A DNA stretch of 64,000 nucleotides from a phage, in assembly GCA_025829515.1 (NCBI GenBank), contig GCA_025829515.1_4865.1; one strand, written 5' to 3'. The position numbers and the translations under genes were made by a program. Shown here one piece after another: positions 1 through 9,225 of the stretch. The notes under the pieces were generated by a model. That model was not told where the DNA came from. It made no database searches and saw nothing but the letters and a program-made list of their open reading frames with translations. Each line of letters starts with the position of its first letter. Position 1 is the stretch's first letter.

Positions 1-40
1 TGCCGAGACCACTAAGAATGGTCGTAACACGGTAATTACG

Positions 41-1330
41 TTGGTAGGTAAACCCGGTAAAGGTTTCTCTGGGGAGTGCACGGTTTATTACGACCGTTTA
101 ACATTATCAGATCTATTTAAAATAGCTCCGCGCGTCTACGTACCACAAACGGCCAAGACCGTGCGGGATCTTCTCCCAGCTCTACGTGATTTATACGGTG
201 TTTGGTTATCTGATAGCAGTGTACAGTCGGTAGACGCGCCTATCAAATCGCTGGCAACGCCAACACGTATTAATTTAACCGCGTATAATAGCGTATGCTA
301 TCGCGGCTATATCCCGGTCGATTATTTGAATGAAGCCGTAGGGTACTATCCAGATTCTGGGCCAGGCAATAAATATTTGTTGGCAGGGGACAGCACAAAC
401 GGATACTTCGGTCACGTTTCTCAGCAAGAGTTATTTACCTTTGCTGAACTAAACAACCTAATTCGTCCTGATGTTTCCCCAACGAAAATGACTTTCGAGT
501 GGTTGAAATTTTTCAAGGACGGTAAGATTGTTTATCTACCGACTACCGGAACGTTAACAGCAACCTGGACGGCCCTTTATCAAGCGGGTGCCATTTTCGG
601 TACAGGTGACGCTGGTCCGTATCCAGACGGTATCGAACCTGTTGACCAGGCTTTGATTGTCACGAAAACTGAGAATAACAAGACGCATTATTACCGTGTC
701 TCCGTTCCGGTTAGCCCTGATTTATCAAAGGCCACGCCGTTGTGGCTTATTTCACAACTCGGTGACGGTTCTACGGGTGGCGACTGGGCAAATGACACCA
801 CGTTAACCAGAACCACCGTCTTCTTCACGCAACAACTGTTAACCGGGGGTAACCCTGTTAAAGTACAACGTTGCAATATGCGCGGTGGCTCAGTTGAATG
901 GGTAACCCTTGCAGATACCACTTACTGGTGGCCTGTTTTAGAGGAAATCAATAAGGACGACATCGTCTTACCTTTAGCTGATGTGGAAGGGGATGTTGTG
1001 TGGCGCGTTAGGGTTATTCCTAATGTACCATCACCACAACCTGATAGCATTCGCCCTCTTGCAGTCGAGGTTGCGACAACAGATGCGCCGAGACCTCTAG
1101 CAACAACTGCGGAACAGGTGGAAGAACCTATCAGCCCGATTGTGGTGGGTGAACCAAACGTCGATACTGCGCTGCCGTTATCGACAGTGTCGAAGAGCGT
1201 AGGTACAGTTAGGCCGATGGTTGTACTTGAACCACACGTCGACGCACCGCGTCCACTACCGCCTACTCAGGCAGAACCTCCACTTAAAACAGATTTAGCA
1301 ACCGCGAACGGTGAGTTGAACGGCTTCTAA
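41..1330 (+). CDS. putative tail fiber / receptor-binding protein, paralog family member (429 aa)
   Basis: ORF track; TTG start (all three frames hit stops within the first 35 nt, so nothing reads in from upstream). Shares GECT[IV]YYD[RK]L block with ORFs 3257 and 3563 and an AELNxLI...F[KE]...K[IG]...[LI]P block with ORF 2343. Pro-rich C-terminal repeats (VDAPRPL); terminal KTDLxTxNGELxGF motif shared with ORF 9967. Confidence 0.5.
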   Translation: MVGKPGKGFSGECTVYYDRLTLSDLFKIAPRVYVPQTAKTVRDLLPALRDLYGVWLSDSSVQSVDAPIKSLATPTRINLTAYNSVCYRGYIPVDYLNEAVGYYPDSGPGNKYLLAGDSTNGYFGHVSQQELFTFAELNNLIRPDVSPTKMTFEWLKFFKDGKIVYLPTTGTLTATWTALYQAGAIFGTGDAGPYPDGIEPVDQALIVTKTENNKTHYYRVSVPVSPDLSKATPLWLISQLGDGSTGGDWANDTTLTRTTVFFTQQLLTGGNPVKVQRCNMRGGSVEWVTLADTTYWWPVLEEINKDDIVLPLADVEGDVVWRVRVIPNVPSPQPDSIRPLAVEVATTDAPRPLATTAEQVEEPISPIVVGEPNVDTALPLSTVSKSVGTVRPMVVLEPHVDAPRPLPPTQAEPPLKTDLATANGELNGF

Positions 1331-1340
1331 GGAGTAACAG

Positions 1341-2339
1341 ATGGCTTTCACACTACGCTGGAAAAATGAAAATCCGGCAGGTTCAATTGTTAACATTTAT
1401 CGGGGCACGGCTAAAATAAATACAGCCGCATTACCAGCCCCTATTGCAACTTTAAGTAATGGCGAAACGGAATGGACGGACGAAACCGTTATTCTTAACA
1501 CCCGTTACTGGTATCTTTTAACAGTAACTGTTAACGGTCGTACCGTAGGTAGTCCACAAAAATCCATTGTCATTAAAAACCGTCGTGGTGTGGGTGGCGT
1601 CGACCAGATTAACTATTCCGATACTGACGACTTGGCGTTTCTGGGGCAGTTGCCGTTCGAAGAACAGATGACCTATGACGCGTTGCCTGCAGGCTTTCGT
1701 GCATTAACAGGGATATCGGGCACGGGCACGCTAATCATGAACAAGTTTTATCGTCATGGTAAAGTTTACTACATGATGAACAGCGGCGGACGATTTAACT
1801 CTACACTTTACTCGTGGAATGACATTTATAACGCGGGGCTTGTGTACGGTGTTGATGGATTTGGTCCTGATAACGGACGTGGGGATTTGGCAGGTGTTGA
1901 CCAGAGTGGGTTGTTTGAATGGCAAGGCGACACCTATCGGATGCGATTGCTGCGCGGTTTAACCGACGGGGACGAACCGACAGTAATGACATTGGATGAA
2001 TCGTTGCGAAACGCAGACCATGATGACTTGGAATATGGTCGCTGCGAATATAACGATTTTGTTTATCCGTTCGGAGAATGTATCCCTAACAAACAAATGC
2101 TCCCTAACTGGACTAATATTAGTCCAGCGTCCATTTATGGGAGCGGTAGCGCTTACCAAGGCAAAGGTTTCTTGTGCCAAGAACGTGATCCTGAATCGGG
2201 ATTAGTTCTGGTTCGCGGGTCTGCGCCTATCGATTCAAGCATAACCAATACGTCGAAACGTAACCTCTCCCAAGTTACGTTAGTTGATAGTGCTGAGAAG
2301 GTCGGTTTGTACGCATTCGTTATCGAGTTAGTGGAGTAA
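1341..2339 (+). CDS. putative tail fiber / adhesin paralog with Ig/FN3-like N-terminal module (332 aa)
   Basis: ATG with AAGGAG RBS. N-terminus (LRWKNEN...IVNIYRG...WYLLTVTVNG) is paralogous to ORF 2343 (LNWKQQ...IEIYRY...YQYRIVAVKG), and both end in IELV; beta-sandwich-like pattern is an inference. Confidence 0.5.
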   Translation: MAFTLRWKNENPAGSIVNIYRGTAKINTAALPAPIATLSNGETEWTDETVILNTRYWYLLTVTVNGRTVGSPQKSIVIKNRRGVGGVDQINYSDTDDLAFLGQLPFEEQMTYDALPAGFRALTGISGTGTLIMNKFYRHGKVYYMMNSGGRFNSTLYSWNDIYNAGLVYGVDGFGPDNGRGDLAGVDQSGLFEWQGDTYRMRLLRGLTDGDEPTVMTLDESLRNADHDDLEYGRCEYNDFVYPFGECIPNKQMLPNWTNISPASIYGSGSAYQGKGFLCQERDPESGLVLVRGSAPIDSSITNTSKRNLSQVTLVDSAEKVGLYAFVIELVE

Positions 2340-2342
2340 AAC

Positions 2343-3245
2343 ATGTCGATTATCTTAAACTGGAAACAACAGTCAGGTCAGACTTTAGATTCCATTGAAA
2401 TCTATCGTTACGACAACCCTAGACAAAGTGTTAACCCAGTAGCACCGGGGGAACCCATTGTAACACTACCAGGTAACACAACGACGTACGAGGACAAGAC
2501 CACCGAAGCGTATAAAACGTATCAATATCGCATCGTGGCGGTAAAGGGCACTGAAAAGGTTATGGGGCTGCCGATTGTACAGGGCGACTTTCCAATGACA
2601 GGGCCCGGCCCACAGGAACTTATTCGTGGCGATTGGCATCGTGGCTACTTTGGCACACTGACAAACAAAGAATTTATTCTTAACCATGCCGAGCTGAATG
2701 GTTTAATTGGCTTTAATGCCTGGAACCAAGCTCCAACATTGTTCCATAAATTCGTTTTCAAAGGACGCATTCTGTTCATTCCTGACACGGTGACCCGTTT
2801 AGGGACGTCGTGGGAAGAACAATACCGGCAAGGTCTGGCCTGGGGAACAGATGACTACGGTTTCCCGCCAGGGGGCGTCACTACCACTAACCAGCGTCGG
2901 ACATTTAATAAAGACGGTTACGAGTATGTGGTACGCTTGCCTCGACTCGGAGACTACAGTTATGGGCACAGCACCTACCTAAGCAGCGGTGGTTATTTTC
3001 AAGACGGCGAGTGGCACAACACGTTCGCAAGCTTGTTCCGGTACGCGGGCGTCGTAAGACGTTTTGGCGACTTACCGATGCGCTCCGGCGGTAGTCCAAC
3101 CGATTCAAGCGCAACATTGTTTGCCAACGGTCGTGACATCTACAACGCCTGGTACTATCGCAGCAACTCACCAGACTCACCATCGTATACCTATTCGACC
3201 GATAGCGCGTCGGTAGTCCACGTTATCGAATTGGTTCTTAGCTAA
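2343..3245 (+). CDS. putative tail fiber / adhesin paralog with Ig/FN3-like N-terminal module (300 aa)
   Basis: ATG 3 nt after the previous stop, GGAG RBS. Paralog of ORF 1341; central block shared with ORF 41. Confidence 0.5.
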   Translation: MSIILNWKQQSGQTLDSIEIYRYDNPRQSVNPVAPGEPIVTLPGNTTTYEDKTTEAYKTYQYRIVAVKGTEKVMGLPIVQGDFPMTGPGPQELIRGDWHRGYFGTLTNKEFILNHAELNGLIGFNAWNQAPTLFHKFVFKGRILFIPDTVTRLGTSWEEQYRQGLAWGTDDYGFPPGGVTTTNQRRTFNKDGYEYVVRLPRLGDYSYGHSTYLSSGGYFQDGEWHNTFASLFRYAGVVRRFGDLPMRSGGSPTDSSATLFANGRDIYNAWYYRSNSPDSPSYTYSTDSASVVHVIELVLS

Positions 3246-3256
3246 CAGGAGCTAAT

Positions 3257-3553
3257 ATGGGGTTTTACTCATCCACTGCACTTGAGCTGTTGTGTCGGCT
3301 CATTCAGCGGGATAATCCCCAACACGCAGGTCGAATCAGCGCAGATTCAATTGGGGAGTGTACGATCTATTACGATAAGTCGTTAAGCAGTAACACAGTG
3401 GCCGATGTTACCACCGCATCCAACTCGTTCGCTAATAAAGCGTACGGCCGCGCGGTTATCCAAACTGACGTCGAAGCAGCTGGAGTTAAAGGGATAGCGT
3501 ACTTCACCATAACAGCTAAAAATAGGCCCCGAAGGGCCTATTTTCTTTTTTAG
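3257..3553 (+). CDS. short N-terminal-module paralog of the receptor-binding family (98 aa), possibly a truncated remnant
   Basis: ATG with AGGAG RBS. Contains the RDNPQ and GECTIYYD motifs found at the N-termini of ORFs 3563 and 41. Its last codons overlap a strong terminator hairpin. Confidence 0.35.
   Translation: MGFYSSTALELLCRLIQRDNPQHAGRISADSIGECTIYYDKSLSSNTVADVTTASNSFANKAYGRAVIQTDVEAAGVKGIAYFTITAKNRPRRAYFLF
3523..3551 (+). terminator. rho-independent terminator (stem TAGGCCC / GGGCCTA, T-run)
   Basis: 7-bp GC-rich stem, CGAA loop, followed by TTTTCTTTTTT. Confidence 0.6.
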
Positions 3554-3562
3554 GACGTTGCA

Positions 3563-4882
3563 ATGATCAACTATAACAAACCTGTCATGCAGCTGGTTTG
3601 GGATCAGATTAATCGTGATAACCCGCAGCTCAAGAAACCACTCAACGCAACCAACGTGGCGTTATTACAAGGTCCTTTAACCAATGCCTTGCGCGATGGC
3701 CGCAACAGCCGTATAGTGGTAAACGGATTACAGGGTGGCGGTTACAGCGGTAAGATGGACATCTACTACGACCGCTTAAACCTTTCGCAGTATTTTAAAG
3801 GCGTCAGCGTACCGGTTAAAGTACCTTATCGGGCGACGTCCTACCGCGACATCATCGACCGGATTTCCGCAGCTTGTGGGCTGGTGCTTACTGCTGACGA
3901 TTTAACGTATCCTGACAGCCAGTTTGCAATGATCACTGTGGCAACGGGCGATCGGACGGTGGCGATTAAATCGGATAACCCCGCATTCACGGGTCACATT
4001 CCTATTAGCTTTATTCGTGAAGAGCCCAGCTTTGCCGACTTGTACCACACCACCGAAACCGGAGCTTGGGAACCCATGGATGTTTACAGCACGGTCTATC
4101 GACTCGACTGGAGCATGTACACCCAACAGATAATCAATATTCCAATGGGTACCCCGCTGCGACTAAACAGTAACTCGTACATGACCCAGTTCATCGCGGC
4201 GCTGTCGGCATGGTCGGGCATCCCGTTCACTATCGGTAATGCTGCTACCGATAACCCGTATGACCTCTATGGGTATGTCGCTACACGCAATAACAACCCA
4301 GGCTTAGACCCTGATATGCGTGGGGAGTACAATTACTGCGTGAAGTTGACGCCACCTGAGGATATGGGTAATCTCCGTCGTCCGTTCTTCTTGCACTTTG
4401 GTCCGAAAAATAACGTGGCCTATTTGGCGCAGGAAAAGGACGTCGAACGTTATGCGCGTTACATGAGGTTCCGGGAAACCAGCTCAAATTCGATGAGCGT
4501 CACGTTGTATCAAAACGAGTACGTGTTGACTCGGGCAGAATCGCCTGAAACTGCGGATGATTTAACGGGTTCCCCGTATGGCACTCGATACTGTACCGGG
4601 AGTATTCGACGGCTGATGCAACACGCGTTTCCGACCGAAGAGATGTTCCAAGAAAGTATTGCTAACCGACGTCGGGTACTGTACCACACTGCTTACACCA
4701 CCACGACATCAGCTATTACTTACCAGGGACTATACCGTAACGGATACCAATCCAAACAAATGACGAGCCTCTACTCGAATTACTGTAACTATTTCATCTA
4801 TTACGACCCAAGCAAAGGCGGCTATATGGTCTACAGTCCATATAGCAAAACCGCCCCGGTCCCTTGGTATCCAGCGCTATAG
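3563..4882 (+). CDS. putative tail fiber / receptor-binding protein (439 aa)
   Basis: ATG with RBS. N-terminal RDNPQ...YYDRLNLSQYF module; C-terminal YYDPSKGGYMVYSPYSKTAPVPW module shared with ORF 4897. Confidence 0.5.
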   Translation: MINYNKPVMQLVWDQINRDNPQLKKPLNATNVALLQGPLTNALRDGRNSRIVVNGLQGGGYSGKMDIYYDRLNLSQYFKGVSVPVKVPYRATSYRDIIDRISAACGLVLTADDLTYPDSQFAMITVATGDRTVAIKSDNPAFTGHIPISFIREEPSFADLYHTTETGAWEPMDVYSTVYRLDWSMYTQQIINIPMGTPLRLNSNSYMTQFIAALSAWSGIPFTIGNAATDNPYDLYGYVATRNNNPGLDPDMRGEYNYCVKLTPPEDMGNLRRPFFLHFGPKNNVAYLAQEKDVERYARYMRFRETSSNSMSVTLYQNEYVLTRAESPETADDLTGSPYGTRYCTGSIRRLMQHAFPTEEMFQESIANRRRVLYHTAYTTTTSAITYQGLYRNGYQSKQMTSLYSNYCNYFIYYDPSKGGYMVYSPYSKTAPVPWYPAL

Positions 4883-4896
4883 ACTAAGGTGTCACC

Positions 4897-7074
4897 ATGT
4901 CCTACACTCCTGATTTAGTGGCGACCGTGATTCGGTCGCTCAACCGTAAAAACGCGGTCGCCAAAGCAGTAGACCCCGCTAACGTACGCCTGGTGTCCGT
5001 GGCGCATCGTGACGAAAAAACCCTAGACGTCACACTGACAGGGGGTCCGGGGTATTCAAGTTACGGTCAAATTACGGCCCAAGTCACGAAGCAAAATATT
5101 GCTGATTATTTCGCCAAGGTTAAGTTGGATGCCATTCCCACTTGTGCGTCCATCCACGAACTGTTGCCGCATTTAGACACTCTACTAGGGATTACCTTTT
5201 TAACTGACGACTTTGAAGACCTGCCTATCACTTGGACAAACAATGCTGCGTGTATCACGTTCCAGGCGAAACAGACAAGTCTTATCTGGTACGGCAGCCA
5301 AACGCTAGATGTGATAAACGGTGACGTGGATATCAACACCGTCTACACTGTTACCAACATCATTCTCACGCTAAAGGCTGCGAATAAACAGCAGTGGATT
5401 AACTTCTACTCTAATGCAACCAAACGGATCGTGGATCTTGATAAAGTCGATGTCAGCTCCCCGATGTCCCCGGAGGATATAGGCCAAACCTCTGCGTATA
5501 ACAGCGTCGTAGCTTTGACCGCTAGACCGGGGAGCGGGATGTTTGGAACGAAGTATGTGTTCTTTTCACGTAACAAACTCGAGACATATGCAGGCAAAAC
5601 CACATACGTCCCGGATGATTTCACCGGTAGCCTGCACGATGCTCTGGCCATCGAGACACTCGGCATTCGGAGTGTTTTTGATGTAAACGAAATTGCTCCT
5701 GTAGAGAACCTGGCAGGCGAGTGGCCGAGACAAGTGCAATTGGCACCCGTAGAGGGTTCGTACAAAGTCATGGGCAGTGCCACGTTGAATGTGGCACGCT
5801 ATCAAGATAACGAGCAAACCCTTAACCTGAACTACACAACTACGTCGCAACTTTCGGACAGCTACTGGGCCACAACGTTGACCAACCATGCGGCGTGCGG
5901 GCGTTTGTTTGTTAACGTGACCGTAGATGCGGGGGCTTTCGTTTATCGCGACAGCAACCTGAAACCGACGTTCGTTATCGACGAATTGCCGCAAATTGGC
6001 GAGGTGGTTTGGAACTTCGTTAACCGGGGAACCATTCTTGGTCGTGGTGGTTCGGGTATGGTCTACTCTATGCCTGCGAACACATCAGCGGACGGAGCTG
6101 ACGCAATCCACATTACCGATGCCTTCCGCGGCAAAGTCACCATCGAAAACTACGGCACCATCGCCGGAGGTGGGGGCGGGGGCGACTACTATGCGTTTAG
6201 CACCACCAAGATCGGTGGAGCTGGTGGTGCGCCACTCGGGACAGGCGCGGTGGTGCCCAGCGGCACCAATAACCGTAACGGCTTAGCTGGGTCCCGTGAC
6301 AAAGGCGGTGCTACTCAGTTAGTCGTCGCACAATTTACCGGCTACCAGAGTCGCTACTATGGCGGTCCGGGTGGGGATTGGGGCCAGCCGGGACGATATA
6401 CAGCGTTCGAGCAATGGAACACCCCGGCTACCGGCTCGCCGATCTATGTCTACGGTCGTGAAGACGGGATGTCATGGACTCGCCCTGGGATGGCAGGCGA
6501 AGCCGTCGGTGGGAATAAAAGTATCGTCAACTGGGTATCCGTCGGAACGGTGAAACCGAATGTCACCAACGAGTACCAAGAGTTCCTCGACTACCTCGCA
6601 GATTTAGATGCCAACCGATTGGCCAGTGCGGATGGGATAGATAAAGTCACCGACCCAACCAAGCCTGTAGTTGTGGAGTTCTTAGGTACGATTATTTCAG
6701 GTACGCTGTTCCAAAAGCAAAACATACCCGGCGGTTTGGTGGGAACACCATACGGCGATGCTGTAGCCAACTTACCAGCCACCACATTGTTTGGTATCAT
6801 GGCACACTGTGTATCGGAGTTTGATATTGTGCACGACACTTGGCGTTACAACCGCGCGGTGATGTTCACGCTAAAACCCGCACCTACCGGGGCGATTAGC
6901 CTCGCTGTGGAACGCAACCGGGTGAAATCGGCTACCAGTAGTGCACCGGTGGAGAAGTTCTACGTCGATCGCTTCGTGTATTACGATGCGTATCTCGGTA
7001 AAATGATGGAATGTAATCCGTATACCAAATCTGCCCCTAAACCGTGGGTGCGGCCAACGATACCGTTATCGTAA
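4897..7074 (+). CDS. putative tail fiber protein with Gly-rich segment (725 aa)
   Basis: ATG with AAGGTG RBS. Gly-rich stretch (GGGGGGDYY...GGAGGAPLGTG); C-terminal YYDAYLGKMMECNPYTKSAPKPW module paralogous to the end of ORF 3563. Confidence 0.5.
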   Translation: MSYTPDLVATVIRSLNRKNAVAKAVDPANVRLVSVAHRDEKTLDVTLTGGPGYSSYGQITAQVTKQNIADYFAKVKLDAIPTCASIHELLPHLDTLLGITFLTDDFEDLPITWTNNAACITFQAKQTSLIWYGSQTLDVINGDVDINTVYTVTNIILTLKAANKQQWINFYSNATKRIVDLDKVDVSSPMSPEDIGQTSAYNSVVALTARPGSGMFGTKYVFFSRNKLETYAGKTTYVPDDFTGSLHDALAIETLGIRSVFDVNEIAPVENLAGEWPRQVQLAPVEGSYKVMGSATLNVARYQDNEQTLNLNYTTTSQLSDSYWATTLTNHAACGRLFVNVTVDAGAFVYRDSNLKPTFVIDELPQIGEVVWNFVNRGTILGRGGSGMVYSMPANTSADGADAIHITDAFRGKVTIENYGTIAGGGGGGDYYAFSTTKIGGAGGAPLGTGAVVPSGTNNRNGLAGSRDKGGATQLVVAQFTGYQSRYYGGPGGDWGQPGRYTAFEQWNTPATGSPIYVYGREDGMSWTRPGMAGEAVGGNKSIVNWVSVGTVKPNVTNEYQEFLDYLADLDANRLASADGIDKVTDPTKPVVVEFLGTIISGTLFQKQNIPGGLVGTPYGDAVANLPATTLFGIMAHCVSEFDIVHDTWRYNRAVMFTLKPAPTGAISLAVERNRVKSATSSAPVEKFYVDRFVYYDAYLGKMMECNPYTKSAPKPWVRPTIPLS

Positions 7075-7118
7075 TTTAACGAGGAACTTGACGGGTTTAA
7101 AGCCTGAAGATAATCCAT

Positions 7119-7152
7119 GCCCTCTTCCCCACGGGGAAGAGGCTTTCTTTTT
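7119..7152 (+). terminator. rho-independent terminator (CCTCTTCC...GGAAGAGG, T-run)
   Basis: GC-rich hairpin followed by CTTTCTTTTT; lies inside the 5' end of the track ORF 7117, which argues against that start. Confidence 0.6.
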
Positions 7153-7179
7153 ATGACCCTATCAACTCAGGAGGTTATC

Positions 7180-7770
7180 GTGGTCGATCGTTGGAGTAAA
7201 GAGGGCATTATTCGTGCCAAAGTAAACATCGAAGCCGGTTACGTTAATAACCCGAAAGATTTGGGCAAAGCAACGAACCGCGGTGTCACCGAACTCACTG
7301 CGCGCGAATATGGCTATAAAGGGGATATGCGTGACCTGAGCTTAGAAATCGCGTTAGACATTTACAACAAGCTCTGGTGGCAGCGGATGCGTTTAGACCA
7401 GATTATGAAAATGAATGTCCTGCTAGCTGACCGAATGTTTGATTTCGGCATTAACGCAGGACGCGGTAACTGTATCAAGTCCCTGCAACGTATTCTGAAC
7501 GTATTAAACCGTCAGGGTAAACTATACGATGATATCGATGCCGATGGTGGTATCGGGCCACGTACGTTAACAGCGTTAGAAGGCTTCATCAAAGCCCGTG
7601 GGGAAGAGGGCCTGAATCGACTGATGTTCGCTTTAACCTGTCATCAGGTTGCGTACTACACGGAAATCAGTGAAGGGCGTGAGGATAACGAAGAGTTTAC
7701 TTACGGCTGGTATGGCCGCGTCTATCAGGAAATGCCAGACTACGTGGCTAAGTTGGGGATGTGCAAATGA
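7180..7770 (+). CDS. GH108-family lysozyme-like protein with probable C-terminal peptidoglycan-binding domain
   Basis: Start revised to GTG at 7180 (AGGAGG RBS 5 nt upstream; the track start at 7117 would include the terminator). N-terminal EAGYVNNPKDLGKATNRGVT...GDMRDL...IY...LWW matches the conserved GH108 N-terminal signature from established knowledge of that family. Confidence 0.6.
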   Translation: MVDRWSKEGIIRAKVNIEAGYVNNPKDLGKATNRGVTELTAREYGYKGDMRDLSLEIALDIYNKLWWQRMRLDQIMKMNVLLADRMFDFGINAGRGNCIKSLQRILNVLNRQGKLYDDIDADGGIGPRTLTALEGFIKARGEEGLNRLMFALTCHQVAYYTEISEGREDNEEFTYGWYGRVYQEMPDYVAKLGMCK

Positions 7771-7958
7771 AACAGAATTGGTTTGCTGCCTTAATGAAAG
7801 CTATCTGGCGCGCCCTTGTTTTTGCCGCAAGGAGAAAACGTAATGACCCACCGTCCAACTCCGCCTAAGTTCCCCGAAGTACAAACCGTTCCGGAAACGT
7901 ATTACGATTCTGGGTTCTTCAAACTATTACGCGCGATCTTCTGTCGGAGGGTAAAGCC

Positions 7959-8051
7959 ATGCAATACGACAACGACGACTGGCCGAAAGGCTTAATGCCC
8001 ATTTTACTGGGATTAATGGTCCTCACGATGCTCGTGCGTTATATGACGTGA
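7959..8051 (+). CDS. tiny predicted membrane peptide (30 aa), holin-like candidate
   Basis: ATG with GGAGGG RBS; MQYDNDDWPKGLMPILLGLMVLTMLVRYMT has a single hydrophobic helix. Not in the ORF track (too short). An alternative 50-aa ORF at 7843-7995 in another frame competes. Confidence 0.2.
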   Translation: MQYDNDDWPKGLMPILLGLMVLTMLVRYMT

Positions 8052-8058
8052 GGTCAGT

Positions 8059-8700
8059 ATGGAAGCACTTAAGTATAAGTTGTTAGAGAAGCCGTGGTTT
8101 ATCCTCACGGATGATTTCCATTTCGAGTTTACGTTGCGCAGCCTCTATCGTGAACACGCCGGAATGGATGCGATGGTAGCATTAGCAGGTCTGCATCCGG
8201 ATACCCCGTTATGGGTAACGGTACCGAAAGGATTTGTGACGGACCTGGCAAGCATTCCAGAAGCGTTACGTCCTATCCTGCATCCGGATGGGCCTTGGGC
8301 TGCTGCCGCTTGTGTGCATGATTTGTTTTACCAGAAACGTTCATCGGTAGGCTTTTACCCTGACACTGTCGAAGGTAATCTATCTCGTGCATGTGACAAA
8401 ACATTCGCTGACCTGATGTTCTTACGTATCATGGAGGCATTAGGCGTTGACACCTTTATTCGTAAGTCCTTCTACCATGCCGTTCACGAGTTTGGTTGGC
8501 CGTCCTATGTAGACGATAACTCTAAGGTGGTTTATAGCCGGCCGGTAGAAAAGACGTTGTCCTATAATCGCAACTACCTGTTCTTTAGAACGTCGCGTAC
8601 GTTAGCGATTCCTGAACACGAACGTGTTGACATTACTAATGGGCAACCGGTAAACGTGCAGTATTTGAATATCAAACGTGCGTTCCTGACTACCCCTTAA
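8059..8700 (+). CDS. DUF1353-like phage protein (213 aa)
   Basis: VPKGFVTDLASIP...AAAACVHDLFY resembles the DUF1353 signature (VPxGFxTDGASIP...HD); GAGG RBS. Confidence 0.5.
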   Translation: MEALKYKLLEKPWFILTDDFHFEFTLRSLYREHAGMDAMVALAGLHPDTPLWVTVPKGFVTDLASIPEALRPILHPDGPWAAAACVHDLFYQKRSSVGFYPDTVEGNLSRACDKTFADLMFLRIMEALGVDTFIRKSFYHAVHEFGWPSYVDDNSKVVYSRPVEKTLSYNRNYLFFRTSRTLAIPEHERVDITNGQPVNVQYLNIKRAFLTTP

Positions 8701-8709
8701 GGAGAGAAA

Positions 8710-9225
8710 ATGTTTCATCCGAATCCTGCCAACTTCGCGTTAAAAGAGTTGATGCCGCAGGAGTACATCGCGAAATACGGTGAAGGTGCTATTCGTTTCC
8801 TTAATCCGTTACTGCTAATCTCGCTCCAACAGATTCGTAATCGTTTTGGGCGGATGGTGATTTTAACCAGTTCCCAGCAACAGCGTAGTCTGCGTACCCT
8901 GCAGTTCTTTATTAATCAAGAGAAACCAAAGGGTGGAGATTGGCAAACTCGTGCAAACAAACTGTACGCCGAATCAGGCAGTATGCATAAATTCGGTAAT
9001 GCGTTTGATGCAACAATGCTTGATACTCCGTTGCAGAAAGTACACGACTATATTGCCGCGAACCCTAACGAGTTTCCGTTTATTCACTTTATCGAGTGCG
9101 ATATTACCTGGCTGCATGTTGACGTACGCAACCAGCCTGATATCACCTTCTGGTCACCGACACGTGGTACCGTTAAAGTGGTTAAGCAACAACCCATCGA
9201 TTGGAGCAAGCTAGTTAAAATCTAA
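8710..9225 (+). CDS. peptidase M15-family (VanY / L-alanoyl-D-glutamate peptidase-like) cell-wall hydrolase
   Basis: HKFGNAFDAT and WLHVDVRN motifs match the H-x-x-G-x-A-x-D and H-V-D/E zinc-ligand motifs of M15 phage endolysins; AAGGAGAG RBS. Confidence 0.6.
   Translation: MFHPNPANFALKELMPQEYIAKYGEGAIRFLNPLLLISLQQIRNRFGRMVILTSSQQQRSLRTLQFFINQEKPKGGDWQTRANKLYAESGSMHKFGNAFDATMLDTPLQKVHDYIAANPNEFPFIHFIECDITWLHVDVRNQPDITFWSPTRGTVKVVKQQPIDWSKLVKI

Noticed and set aside
7117-7179. Track start (ATG 7117) for the GH108-like gene
   Set aside because: The first 36 nt would encode through the terminator hairpin and T-run at 7119-7152; the GTG at 7180 has an AGGAGG RBS and begins just before the conserved GH108 N-terminal motif.
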